This document shows, in pieces, positions 24,901 to 36,200 of a DNA stretch of 64,000 bases (its first letter is position 1; each line of letters begins with the position of its first letter). The position numbers and the translations under genes are program-made. The DNA is from Lytechinus pictus (lineage: Eukaryota), in contig NC_087245.1 of the NCBI RefSeq assembly GCF_037042905.1, positions 3,474,001-3,538,000 on the forward strand, written 5' to 3'. The notes beneath the pieces were generated by a model, which saw only the letters and a program-made list of their open reading frames with translations, was not told the origin of the DNA and searched no databases.

Positions 24901-26058
24901 GATAGTGTAGTACGGAATAAGAGGAACTCTATTCCCATGGCACGCCCATGCTCTGCACCCAGATCAGCTAGTGTTCCAGCACCAGCAAACAACAATTCAA
25001 TGAACGTGAGGGCTCTTTCAAAAAATATTTTACTTTTCCGAGATGCATGGACAGGTGCCCCCCCCCCCCCGAAAAAAAAAAGAGAAAAGGAAGGCTCAAT
25101 AATGATAAACTTTACCTTTAGGTCATCTTACTTGCCTTCTATCAGGGTACCCTGGTGATGTTTAATGGATGCATGTTATATGTCAAACTAGTATTCGCCA
25201 TCAGTATTCCTTAGGAGTACAAAATGGAACACCTGTCTTGTCAACATCTTCATGTCCGAAATTTGATTTATTTGTTTTAATCGCATGGCACTTGAAATTA
25301 ATGAACTAGCAATAAATTAATTGATACTTAACTCTTCAGCAATATTTCATTCTTGTAATGATATCAGATTTAAAAGTTAATCTTTTGTGTTGTTTTCTTT
25401 TTTAGGATCGTGATAGACCTAGTAGTCCAGGAAGGGTGAGTCTAGGTCGACGGAATTCAATCCCGGTAAGGTGTCTTCGTAGTTGGCATGAACACCTTCA
25501 TAAAAACAAGGCCAAGTGGAGAGATCTTGGGCAACAAGGTGGGTACTGCCAGATATTTGAAAGTTTCTATTCACATGGTTTATGTTTCTTTCATCATGTG
25601 TATAAAGTTCCTGTATCGTTTTACAAGCTTATTTACTAAAAAATTCAGCAAAATTAATTTTTAAGACTTTTGGAATACAGTATAAACAAGGTCTTCTCAA
25701 GAGAGTTTTCTACAAGACCTTGTCCAAGAACTTTTCCAATAAATTACCATTGTTTGACTGAATCCTTGTTTAAAGTGAAATACGAAACAGTTGCACTTTC
25801 TCCGTTTCATCTCTCTCAAACACAGAGGTAAACACTGGAGTCAAGGTACTGGACATTGACGAGGACCCGACCGACCAGAAATCAAACAAAGATGTCTTCC
25901 ATAAAAATGACTCCAATGACAACAACACAACCCGGAAAACCAGCAATGGCATCGAGGAAGAAGAAGTGTTGCATGATCAGGCTACTACTTCATCAGGGGC
26001 AGCCGAGTCATCAGGGTCTGCACAGACACCAGGTAGACAAGGATCCGGAGAAAGATGA
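7195..26058 (+). CDS. PDE1: Ca2+/calmodulin-dependent 3',5'-cyclic nucleotide phosphodiesterase 1; span of the 9 coding exons seen (5' exons not found)
   Basis: Exons 7195-7335, 11081-11181, 18107-18232, 22255-22356, 22850-22970, 23168-23249, 24797-25005, 25406-25538 and 25826-26058 are all AG/GT-bounded and phase-compatible. They encode YHNLLHAADVTQ, HDFEHTGTTN, LENHH, LATDMS, LHCADISHP, EFFRQGD, SPLCDR and SQIGFIDFIV, with PDE1-like context. Confidence 0.95.
7399..8034. mobile_element. Old degenerate MITE with imperfect TIRs, with a small palindromic element nested at ~7673-7787
   Basis: gatttgaaattaatccaaatcggc (7414-7437) is inverted as gccgatctggattgattttaaatc (7993-8016); internal gattt/aaatc repeats. 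Confidence 0.45.
8642..8838. mobile_element. Palindromic ~197-bp MITE with TA target duplication (copy 1)
   Basis: CACTCTTAAAAATGTTGGGCAACATACGGTCCACACAACAATTGGTTAAAA ... exact reverse complement at the right end; TA on both flanks; second copy at 57342-57536. Confidence 0.92.
9667..9706. promoter_or_regulatory. Pair of RFX X-box-like motifs with overlapping CRE half-site
   Basis: GCTGCTATGGCAAC (9667-9680) and GTTGCTTAGTGAC (9691-9703), followed by TGACGTA. Confidence 0.5.
10370..10709 (+). mobile_element. LINE 3' UTR remnant with stem-loop and (TGAAA)n tail
   Basis: GGAGGCTGC...GCAGCCTCC 9-bp stem, then AATAAA and a gaaat repeat tail. Confidence 0.6.
11081..11181 (+). CDS. PDE1: PDE1 exon: HWLSDLEIFASLLAAIIHDFEHTGTTNAFHVNT(K)
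   Basis: ttttacag| acceptor, |gtaagt donor, class I PDE signature HDxxHxGxxN. Confidence 0.97.
12455..12802 (+). mobile_element. tRNA-derived SINE (Arg-like head, L2-like tail)
   Basis: A box TGGTGTAGTAGT, anticodon-like loop CTTCTAA, B box GTTCGAATA, central ccctggtactgaaagggtaccc core, tail aagcgctt...aagcgcattataaat. Confidence 0.85.
12803..13000. repeat. (AGT)n followed by (TAT)n compound microsatellite at the SINE tail
   Basis: Direct reading. Confidence 0.95.
16060..16254 (-). mobile_element. tRNA-derived SINE, second family, 3'-truncated
   Basis: Minus strand: TAGCTCAGTCGGTA (A box), GGTTCGATTCC (B box), then cctcggagagaaccttaagccatcggtcc central domain. Confidence 0.8.
17141..17154. 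promoter_or_regulatory. Palindromic X-box-like motif GTTTCTATAGAAAC
   Basis: Perfect 14-bp palindrome resembling the RFX consensus. Confidence 0.4.
17460..17900 (-). mobile_element. Decayed LINE 3' end
   Basis: Minus strand cagggctctcttgtaaagcagttttgtactgaagagaccacactgggtaaataaa plus an A-rich tail; the same motif occurs on the plus strand at 44533-44580. Confidence 0.6.
18107..18232 (+). CDS. PDE1: PDE1 exon: SDMAMFYNDRAVLENHHISSSFRLMRDDERNILANLSKEEY(T)
   Basis: tttcag| acceptor, |gtaagt donor, phase 2 to phase 2, YND..VLENHH motif. Confidence 0.97.
22255..22356 (+). CDS. PDE1: PDE1 exon: ELRNLVIDMVLATDMSFHFQQIKQMKAMISTTE(A)
   Basis: Long polypyrimidine tract plus cag, |gtaagt donor, LATDMS motif. 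Confidence 0.97.
22850..22970 (+). CDS. PDE1: PDE1 exon: LDKPKVMALTLHCADISHPSKEWKFHYKWTTLLIREFFRQ
   Basis: ttag| acceptor, |gtgagt donor; ADISHP (His, as in PDE1). Confidence 0.97.
23168..23249 (+). CDS. PDE1: PDE1 exon: GDREREMGLPISPLCDRNSTLLAESQI(G)
   Basis: acag| acceptor, |gtgagg donor, 82 nt, contains the invariant Gln. Confidence 0.97.
23412..24259. mobile_element. Non-autonomous DNA transposon with 31-bp perfect TIRs, TA-flanked
   Basis: CCATGGACCTATTACGAATGGACATTCAACG at the left and its exact reverse complement at the right; TA on both sides; CpG-rich interior; no transposase ORF. Confidence 0.88.
24797..25005 (+). CDS. PDE1: PDE1 exon: (G)FIDFIVDPSMNVCGDMIDRILREELQ...APANNNSMN
   Basis: Polypyrimidine tract plus aag acceptor, GFIDFIV motif, donor |gtgagg in phase 0. 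Confidence 0.9.
25406..25538 (+). CDS. PDE1: PDE1 exon: DRDRPSSPGRVSLGRRNSIPVRCLRSWHEHLHKNKAKWRDLGQQ
   Basis: tttttag| acceptor; NKAKWRDL matches the terminal catalytic-domain helix (N+xxW+xL); donor |gtgggt. Confidence 0.88.
25826..26058 (+). CDS. PDE1: PDE1 probable last coding exon: (E)VNTGVKVLDIDEDPTDQ...RQGSGER*
   Basis: cacag| acceptor in phase 1, open to TGA at 26056-26058; low-complexity tail, so supported by phase rather than homology. Confidence 0.75.
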
Positions 26059-26560
26059 GAGGGTCTTTGTCAGGTGAAGATCATACAAGCTATAAAGGTC
26101 AAAGAATGCATAGACATTGATAGAGAAATATCCATGCCGACCATGCAAGCAGTCAAGTGATGTGATCATGAGTTGAAAAGACGTCATCAACTATTGAGAT
26201 TTAAACTGATGCAATTCTGATGCTGTGATATATATTCGGACGTGTTCTCCTGATGAAGGGAATAAGGTGAAAGTGTAACAAGGGTACATGCAATTCTAAA
26301 TGATTATAAATTATGAGATCATTGCAACAAAGATAATTGACATTAAAATTTCATAAACAGCTCTCGTTGTGTTGTTTAATTGCATCTATATTATTATCTT
26401 TGCTTTAATCTTGGACAGAAATTAATATCAAATTTATTTAATATATTGTTTGCATTAAAGATCTTTCAGATATTTATTTATCTCATGGTCCGTTTCATGA
26501 ACCATTTTGTTCTTTCTTTAGCCTTGAAAGGGCAAACAGACACAAAAATCACCCCCCCCC

Positions 26561-26591
<31 letters not shown>

Positions 26592-28344
26592 TGATTAACC
26601 AAAAACTTCAAATTGCTTTACAGCTTTTTGTTAAATATTGAGATGTGGATGATGAGTTATCAGGACGTCAATAATGACCTGCCATTGCAATGATATCTCT
26701 ACAGAAATAAAGAACAGAAACACTCGCGATTAAAGATCAGCACAAAAGACAATGTGATAACATTACGTCACCAACAAACAGAGTTATTGCACACCATTAT
26801 TGAATATGCTTCAAAGCCAATAAAAGTTTCTGATAAAAAAAGCAAAACCCCAAACAATCTATAGAAAGTGAACATTTACAGAGATACCTTTCAAAAACTC
26901 TCCCTTTTTGTTAATAAGATAAAACGTTTCAATGTTTTAGGTTTTGAAAAATGACTTGTGGGTTTTCATGATATGTACAGTGTAAATATGACATACCATA
27001 ACCTCGATTTTATACTCACCTGTCAACGGGAAAATGTTTGAAGATTTAAACATGTTTCCCCGGTAAATAGAGGGGTATGTTGTTCCATTTTATAACCGTG
27101 TGTGCATTTTACCCTACTATATCATGATTATGATTATTTTTGTGAGGATATTTGCCATCTTGTTGTGTGCCTGTTTTCCAATGGCTCATTTTGTGAAGAC
27201 AAAATGAACTTCATTGTTATGGGCGTCAAATATTTAAATTTTAATGAATTATAGACACACTGTTGTTTAGAAATTCATAAATATATTTAAATATTTTTGA
27301 AGAAATATTACCAAAGTAGTATGTAATATAAAAGAGAATGCATTTGTAAAAGGTCTTAGTCGATTCAAGCAAGCTATATTGGTTGGTTTGAGCCATATTA
27401 TACTATAAATTGAATTATTTATTTGACTGTTTTATCTCAAGATACAGACTGAGTGATAGCAGCAATACATTCTGCAGCTTTGCTAAAAGATTTTGTCAAG
27501 TGATTGCAATTATATTCAAGTTTAATATCTAGATGAGAAGTTTTTAAACGCTGTGTGAAAATATATTTTATGGAATACATCAGTTTATCTTGTTAGATGG
27601 TTTACAGAATTTTGCAGTAATGGTTATATTGCAAGTTTAAAATAATTTGAAAGCTAGGTGATGTAGAAGCAAAAGGACAATCAGCTAACTTCAAATGGAT
27701 ACTACTTCATTTTAGAAGACAAAGAGGCTCATACAGCAGAAATAGAGAGAGAGAGAGAAAAGAAAGACTGCGTTTTGTTATTCCTATGCCCAGTTGTAAT
27801 ATACCTATAATAGTCAAGAAAACAGAATTCTCCAAAAACAGAGGATGAAATAATGAATAGATTAAAACATACTTTCTATGTTCCTATCATTATACCTCAT
27901 TGATATGCGTTAGATAATTTTGTCAGTGGATTGATGTCCCAAAGATTCTTGTTATTTTGAATGGAATATCATATTCAGATTGAATGTAACCTTTCAATGT
28001 AACTGTATTGTAATGTTCTATCATTTTGATATTCCATTTTTACTTCCTACATTTTCAGAAATTAGATAGAAGATTGGGAAAATGAGTAATACATTTTATA
28101 ACCCTCTGTGAAAAAAGTATCTACTAAAACACAAGTTATTACGCTTGTTTTTGTCACAATGAAGATGAAGTTATGTAGTGGTGGCACCATGGTATCAACA
28201 TGAAGACACAAATTTACAAAAATGAAAAAGTATGGGCATTATGTAGTATAGAGACATAGCTTACCCAATTCATTTTTCACCTTCTTTGTCACATGGAAAA
28301 TGATAGGACAGGCACCCTAGCTATACATGTATGTCGCTTCTTCC

Positions 28345-28621
28345 AATAATAATAATAATATAGGATTTGTATAGCGCACGTATCCACCTTACTAGGTGCT
28401 CAAGGCGCTCCTATAATACCCTGGCTAAGCTAGTCTACCGATTCTGGTGCGCACAGCTTTTTGAGGAATTACTTCCTGCCGGTACCCATTTACCTCACCT
28501 GGGTCAAGTGCAGCACAGTGTGGATAAATTTCTTGAAGGAAAACATGCCATGGCTAGGATTCGAACCCACGATCGTCTGTTTGAAAGGCGAGAGTCAGAA
28601 CCACTAGACCACGGCGCACCC
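28345..28621 (-). mobile_element. Full-length tRNA-derived SINE with L2-type tail and (TAT)n end
   Basis: Minus strand: TGGTCTAGTGG (A box), GGTTCGAATCC (B box), cccaggtgaggtaaatgggtacc core, tail agcgccttgagcacc...gcgctatacaaat, tattattatt. Confidence 0.9.
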
Positions 28622-31357
28622 AGTATACAGTATATCTCAACATGAAAGATGAAATACAGCTGTAGCCTGTAAAAAGATGATGTCCTGTTATTCATATTAC
28701 AGAATGGCTGGTGACATACCTTTATCACGTCATAAAAAACCAAGATCATTACTTTTCTTGTAATCTGCTTTCAATTTAATTTATTCAACTTTTTTATGTA
28801 GACTGTAACAATGTTGCCAAGTATTTGATAAGACCTTATAGTTTGAAACTATCATATGAGATATTTAATTCTTTTTCATTCAATAGATTTTAAATTTATT
28901 CAGCACTTAGTAATTATGCAAATTAAATCAAAAATGTAATCTATTTCATGTTACCATATAATTCATATTGGTATCCATAATAGATGTGTATATGACCTAC
29001 ATTTAAAAACTACTTAAACAACAAGGATAACTGTAAAATCATACAGAGGTCAGTTGATTTCTTTTCATTAAGCTAAATTAAAAAGTATGAATCCATGAAT
29101 CATTATTTATAATGGAAATGAAAATGAGTTAAGTTTTATAAACAAAAGCAAAGACATGGATCATTTTGTGATGAATACTTACAAGAAATATTTTTAAAAT
29201 GAAGATTAAAACAAATAAAAATTGCTTATGAATCATCAGATGAGCACTTATTCCAAATTTGTATTATTATCACTACCCTTTATACCTTTCATTACCTGTT
29301 TGTACTACATCAAAATTCATACAAACTATTCCAAATATTATATGAGATCACCATAGCAAAGACAATACCAATGCATGCACTATAACACATTGCCCGATAT
29401 ATCATCTGAATAGGTAATGATAACTTTATAAGTTGTTATGCGTTACTTGTGTTCATTTAAATATTCTATATTTATGCATATTATATTCAAATTTGCGTAT
29501 TTAAGAGATGTGCCACATGAAATTGATGTGTATTACTCTGTCATACCATTTTCCCAGCTTTTACTCAGCAAAATACAGCCAAGACGTGTCTCTAGTATAG
29601 GTACAGATGTCATTTCATAGCATTATTAGCACATGTACTCTTGCTGACATAAAGGAGTATTTTGGTACCAGACAGTGACAGAGATATAGAAAGAGTTAAG
29701 AATAGAGAATGAGTCGTTCTTTCATCAACATTTGTCTAATTACCAACCTGTTTTTAATTGGGGAATAGTTTGCTAGGTGAGCGAATTAGACTTCTTTTGC
29801 ATTCTCTGAAACACATCCCATTCAATGGCTACATCCTTGTCACCAGATATCACCAAATGTTGCTAGGACTTGTGTGTGGACAGTTATGAACTTTTGTGAG
29901 ATTTTTTAAAATGTTGGACGAAATCTATATCATATTACTTCAAAAGTTTTAGAATTCACTTATATTACTGAAACATGCCTCTCTTCTTCAGATAATGTGC
30001 TCATTTCCTCTCCACTTTATCTCCTTCATTTTTTTCTCTGTCTCTCTCAAAGTGCCCTTTTCTTTTTCTTTCTTTCTTCCTTCCTTTTCTTTCTTGTTCT
30101 CACTCCTCCCAATTTGTGTTCATACCCTTCATCCTAATATACCATATTGTTTCTCTCATGTGTTTATACTCCACCTTAAATTCATCACAGCCATGATCAT
30201 CAAGCTGTCACAATAATAAAAAAAAAAGACAAAACAAGACATGAATCAATAAGATTATGGTATAAATGATTCATATTCTTTTAACCTTTGAAATCATGTT
30301 GACTTCTAACATATTTCAAGATTTACAAAAAAGGTAACATTTTCAAAATTATGCACAGAATTATGTTAAGATTTAATGTTAAACAAATACCTTAAACATG
30401 GATGAATTAATGAGAGGGAAAAGAAAAAAATGTAAAATGATTTGGTATAAAAGTAAGCACACAACTATAATAACTAATATAAGACACAATAAAATACTTG
30501 AAAAAGATATTTCTTGCTATCTGTTTTATATCTTCTCTCATAGGCTGAAGATCACCATGTTAATATGACTGAATATACACTTCCTTTCTAATAATCTATT
30601 CTGAAACTCTGAACACTTAATAAGAAACATTTTTTTTAAAGAAATGTTTTGAACTATTCAAAAACTTCTTTTTTACACTATTGATAACACCTTCAAAATA
30701 ATTATATCACTATTTTATTAGGTACTTCAGACCTTGCTATTGTTGATTTCTTAGGTATCATTGTCAATCTGAAATCCCTTAAATTAAATGTCATTTCCAA
30801 ATGCTCATTACCTACCTTCTTTCCCTTTTAAAACAACTTTTCAGAATCCGTCCTAATAAATCTTGCTTGGGAAAAAACAGACCCACCAACAGAAAGGTAA
30901 TTTCTTTCTATTTTTATTGTATTTGCCTTTCAGTTAGCAACTGTTTTCAAAGAAAACTACAAATCTCAGATATTAAAGATTTATCATAAAAACAAGTTTT
31001 TCTCTTGAAAACTATACTATCAAACATCAAACATGTTCTTCTTTTAACATCGGCCATTTTTTTTCTGGCACAAACTTTACTAGTATTTCCAATGTGATTG
31101 ATTTAATGCAATGATATAACAATAACACAGTTTAACTACAGAATGTTCAACTATTAATATTCAGCATAAATACATTCTTATCATGGGAGATAATCATCAT
31201 ATAACAAGTTATGTCTAAAAAAATATTACTGGATTTTTTCACTTGCCAACAATATTTAACAGTTTGTACGTTTCATATTTCATTAATTTCTAACAGTAAC
31301 AATTTACATGTCAAATATAAATGCATCCTTCAAACAATAGTTGTAAACAATTATTGT

Positions 31358-31519
31358 CCTAAAATTGTATACAGTCCTATCAATTTTCATAAGGACTGTA
31401 TACAGTTAAGTGCATGCAGTCCTTAACCTTATCCTAAGATTGTATACAGTTTAGTGTATGCAGTCTTAATCAATTTCCTAAGGTTGTATACAGTTTAGTG
31501 TATGCAGTCTTAATCAATT
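31358..31519. repeat. 44-bp minisatellite (~3.5 copies)
   Basis: Unit cctaagRttgtatacagtttagtgtatgcagtcttaatcaattt, with two near-identical copies and diverged upstream copies. Confidence 0.85.
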
Positions 31520-33196
31520 TCCTAAGGTTGTATACAGTTCTGTGCTTCCATATCTCCTTATATATCATTATCCTGTATTGTGTCATGTGTACCCTCAATT
31601 TTGCATGATTCATGCAAAGCGTATGCATACTATCAGGCTGTGTTCCCATCGCTGTCTATAATGGTCATGCAATATGTGAACAGATAGACTCAGCACTGTG
31701 GATAATTGTTCATAGTGAATATTAATGGACCATTTGTAAGCAATGGGAACAGAGCTTATATTGTTCTTGAAATACTCTTGATATATATTCTAATCAGATA
31801 CTTTGACAAGCTGTCTGTGTGTACATATACTTGTAAAATAGAAAGTGTATGAAGAGAAAAATGTGACATGGGTTGCATTTGGACCCAATAAAACGTGTTA
31901 TAAATAAAGACTGGTTTTGTTTTCATTGTGCCTTCTTTTGTAGTATAAAAGAAACTGAAGTATCTGTCTTATGAATTGAAAAATTAGGGTGATTCAAGAC
32001 TTTCGCTTCTCACATTTATTCCAAGCTGCAGTATCTTTTAGTGACAAACTAAAATACATCTCTAATTAGTCAACCATCCAAAATAAAAAATAAAAAAACA
32101 TAATTTCCAAATTACAAATATATCTTACATAATAATTTGATTTAATATCCATGTTTCTTCTACAAATGAATGTGAGCTAGATTATAAGTGATGCTCACCC
32201 AGAAATTATTTTGACTCAAATTAAGGCTATGGAAATAAGTTCAATACACAGACCTTAGCTAATAAAGGTATTTTTTCTCTGAAGAATGATTTTAAAACTC
32301 ATTGCCTCTGACACCTTTCATGGCAGAGTTCAATACAACACATTCAAGAACAACCTACAAAATTTTCAGGTTATATTTTCAAGCTTCTTAATTTCTAAGA
32401 TTAACCACCAAGAAAATATCATTTCAGACTGTAACACTCTGGAATTAGCTATACCCTTTCATTATATTCATTATTTCCTTATGAACAATAACAGCAAAAC
32501 ATTAAATAAACTAAACTGAAGTATCAAGGAACATAAAAATAGCAAAAGAAGAATTTAATTTCAGTTTTACACATCACAAGAACATATAAAACAGTCGGGA
32601 ATTAGATTATTTATTGCTCAAAAGTATATTTGTATGAAATTTTCAATAACTTTGTTTCAACGTATTGAATACGTCTACTAATTTTACCATAGTTCTTTAA
32701 TAGTGCAAGATGATTATGCGTTTCTAACAAAAAATTACTTCACTCTACAACATACAGAGTATTCAGAAACAAATTATGATAAAGAGATGTGCCTATCACG
32801 ATCCAACAATTTTTATTGCAGGCTTTTTTTTTAAACTGTGGATGTCTTCCAAGAGCGTTTATTTGTTGCTACTTAACAGAACTACCTCTGCGATCAAGAA
32901 CTACGCATAAATATAAATCTTGTTGCAGAGCCCACACATACATGTCAACCTTTCCATCTTGTGCACGAACCACAGATAGCAAGCCAGTATGTAGATTGCC
33001 AAAAAGGTTATTAACTACTCATAGACTGCAATGTCAAAATGTACTAACCACTTTACAAATTATCAAAATTTGAAGGTGACTCCATACATAAGTTTACCAT
33101 CTGATCATTAAATGTAGAACAGCAAAACAAGACTGTCATTCGATCACCCAGGAGGATCATCAAAAAGAACAATTGAAACTAAGCTCTTCTTCATAA

Positions 33197-33229
33197 TCAA
33201 CTACGGTCATCAGATCTTCGTCTGCTGCC
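33197..33229 (-). CDS. CASC3: CASC3 exon 13: GSRRRSDDRS*
   Basis: ttattacag| acceptor, phase 0, TGA at 33199-33197. Confidence 0.8.
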   Translation of the reverse strand, partial: GSRRRSDDRS

Positions 33230-36200
33230 CTGTAATAATAAATTTTAAAAAACATCAATTTACTTAAGACTTACATATATATTCCATTGGATTTATTACA
33301 AGCAATGATAATAATTTGATACATAATACATGTAATACATGATATACCAAAACAGTTATTACAGTTATTTTTCAACAAAGTAAACTCAGCTAAAAGAGGG
33401 GCAATAGGGTTTTGGGGTAAAAAAAAAGCATAATATTGTATGATTAGAACACATGCTTTACTTGAAGTAAATGGAAACAAACATCCCAAGAGTGACTAAT
33501 GATTGCAAACAGAACATAGTCAATAAAACAATGAAAACCTTGCTAGAATACAAAGTTGCAGAACCCCAGAAATAAAGTGTCATGCAGATAGATGTATTAA
33601 ATATGACAATATTAAAATATTTTCACTTACTCTATCTGGTGGCACTTCAATAGGAAGTGGGTTGGCCTGTCTTCTTGCGGGCGGTGCTCTCTTCATGCTC
33701 TGCTGTAACTCAGGTGAGTAGTAGGTGATTCCCCCTACCATCTGAGCCCCTGGGAGGGGTGGTCCCCCTTGAAGGTTAGGGGCATCATCTCCTCCCATCA
33801 GGGGTGGTGGACCTGGGCGTGATGAAGATGGCTGGCGTGGTGGTGGCTGGGATGGTGGAGGTGGTCCTTGGGGAAGAGGGGGACGTCGTTGGTTGTGTTG
33901 ACGGTTTGGAGGAGGACCACCCTATCATCGAAGAGGGGGGAAAAAAGACTTTCAATACACCTTTGTCAAATTATTTATCAAAACATTTGAACAAAACGTA
34001 GTAACATATAATAAGTCTCCCTGTTTCCATTCCCTCGCCTTACACTTGCAAAATCCACTGCCAATGTCTTCAACAAACTTCCTTCCAGTCTTCCACACCT
34101 CTGATTACCAGATAGCTTTTCACTTGATTGGAAAGCTTAATGTACTATTTGGTAATTAACAAAAAGATACTCACTTGGCATATGACCTGCATTTGAGAAA
34201 ACATCTCTGTATTAACACATGAAGGATGGGTATATGGAATTCATTTTAATTTACCCTGATGGTATGTGAATACATTATGAATTTGCATCTGTCCATCTTC
34301 TTTTCTATGTTACAGTTTAATAGATAAACTTGCTCTTCAAAGAACACTGTTCTGAATTTACAAAGCATACATATTTATTAGTTTGAATAATGCAACTCAA
34401 AAGAGAGAAAATCATACATTGCAAACACTTTTATATCAATATACCAATATCCTTTCTAGATTTTTTTCCCCTTTCCTACAGATGTATATTTTTTCTCAGC
34501 TTAGTAGTGGCACCCCTTACAAAATTAGGAAAAAAAAATTTATCCCAAACATCAACTCTAGGAAGCAAAGATCCTACCTGTGGAGGTACGGTTGAGTAAT
34601 GCTGAACTGGGACCTGTTGAGGAGGCGGGACCGGTTGCTGGGGAGGCGGGACCTGCTGGGGAGGAGGAGGAGGCACCTGCTGTGATCCCATGACAGGGTA
34701 ATGGTGTCCAACAAACATGACAGGTCCGCCTACAAACTGAGGAGGAGGTAGCTGGTTGGGATGGGGAGGTTGGGCCATCTGGGGTGGAGGGTGGTTAGGA
34801 CTGAAGAAGGCTGCACTGGGGAGGTGACCGCCTGGTGCTGGAGGCCTCATACCTGGTTGACAGACAAAATACGAGTATTATCATTGCCATTCACCACAAT
34901 ATATGTGTATAATTTGTATTCAATTATACAAAGGTTGACTAGTACATGATTTCTAAACATTTCTGATTGCATTACTGCCAAATTGAAATACATTTATAAA
35001 CTGTAAACCCTTTATCAGAAATAAATTCACTTCAAGCAAATAGCTAATCAAATACAATTCTTACCAATGCATATGCATTCAAATTAAACACAAAAGGCAT
35101 TTGACCTTGACTGTGTGACCAAAGACTTGTGCAAGACAAGCAGTGATACTTGATTACCCTTATGTCCACATTTCATGAACTAGATCCATAAACTTTCTAA
35201 GTTATGATGGTAATTTAACAAATACCCCCAACACGGCAAAAGTTCATTGATCTTGGTCATGTGACCTGAAACTCATGCATGATGTTCGCTGATGCTTAAT
35301 TACTCTTATGTCCAAGTTTCATGAACTAGATCCATATACTTTCAGTTGTGAAATTTAAAAAACTTATTCTTGGTTAAAATTTTGTTTGGATTTCCCCCAA
35401 CATAATCAATTTCATTATGATGATGATGATGGGTTCTTGTATAGCGCCGATATCCGCCTCAGCTGGGCGCTCATTGCGCTTGCTCAAAAATAGGAAATAT
35501 CTCACAAATTTCAATGTCTTCAAACAGTGCTTAGGATCACCATTCAGTTCAAGTACTGTCCTAGTAATGCTACAATTGAGTTATTCTTGCAATAATGTTG
35601 GAGTGGGGAACAGAAAAGTCTTCAGGTAAGACTCAAAAGTTTATTAGGGTCTCTGCTCTCCTGATGAATTGGGGAAGGCTATTCCACAGCTTTGGTCCAG
35701 AGATGTAGAAGGCTCTGTCACCCCAAGTTGTGTGGCTGAGAGATTCTGTCAGCAATGCTTGATCTGCTGATCTGAGACTGCGTGTTGGTCTATGCTGAGA
35801 TAAGAGCTCTGATATGTAGGGTGGAGATTTATCGTTAAGCGCTTTAAATACGAGGACCCCAAGTTTATAGGCTATTCTCTGGTTGACAGGCAGCCAATGT
35901 AGGTCACGCAGAATTGGAGTAATGTGGACTCTCTTTCTTTGAAGGGACAAAAGACGTGCGGCCATGTTCTGAAGACGCTGAAGTCTGTGCAGTTGATGTT
36001 GAGTCAAACCAGTCAAAATCGAGTTGTAAATGTCCAGTTGAGTTGTAACAAAGGCATGAACAAGGAGTTCAGCAACTTTCTTAGTTACATGCTTGCAGAT
36101 CCTTCCAAGATTACGGATAGAGATACATTGACCCTAAATGAACTTTGACCTTGGTCATGTGACCTGAAACTCTCAATGGATGTTCAGGGAAACTTGATTA

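Noticed and set aside
31358..31519. CRISPR-like array
   Set aside because: Contiguous tandem units without unique spacers, in a eukaryotic locus.
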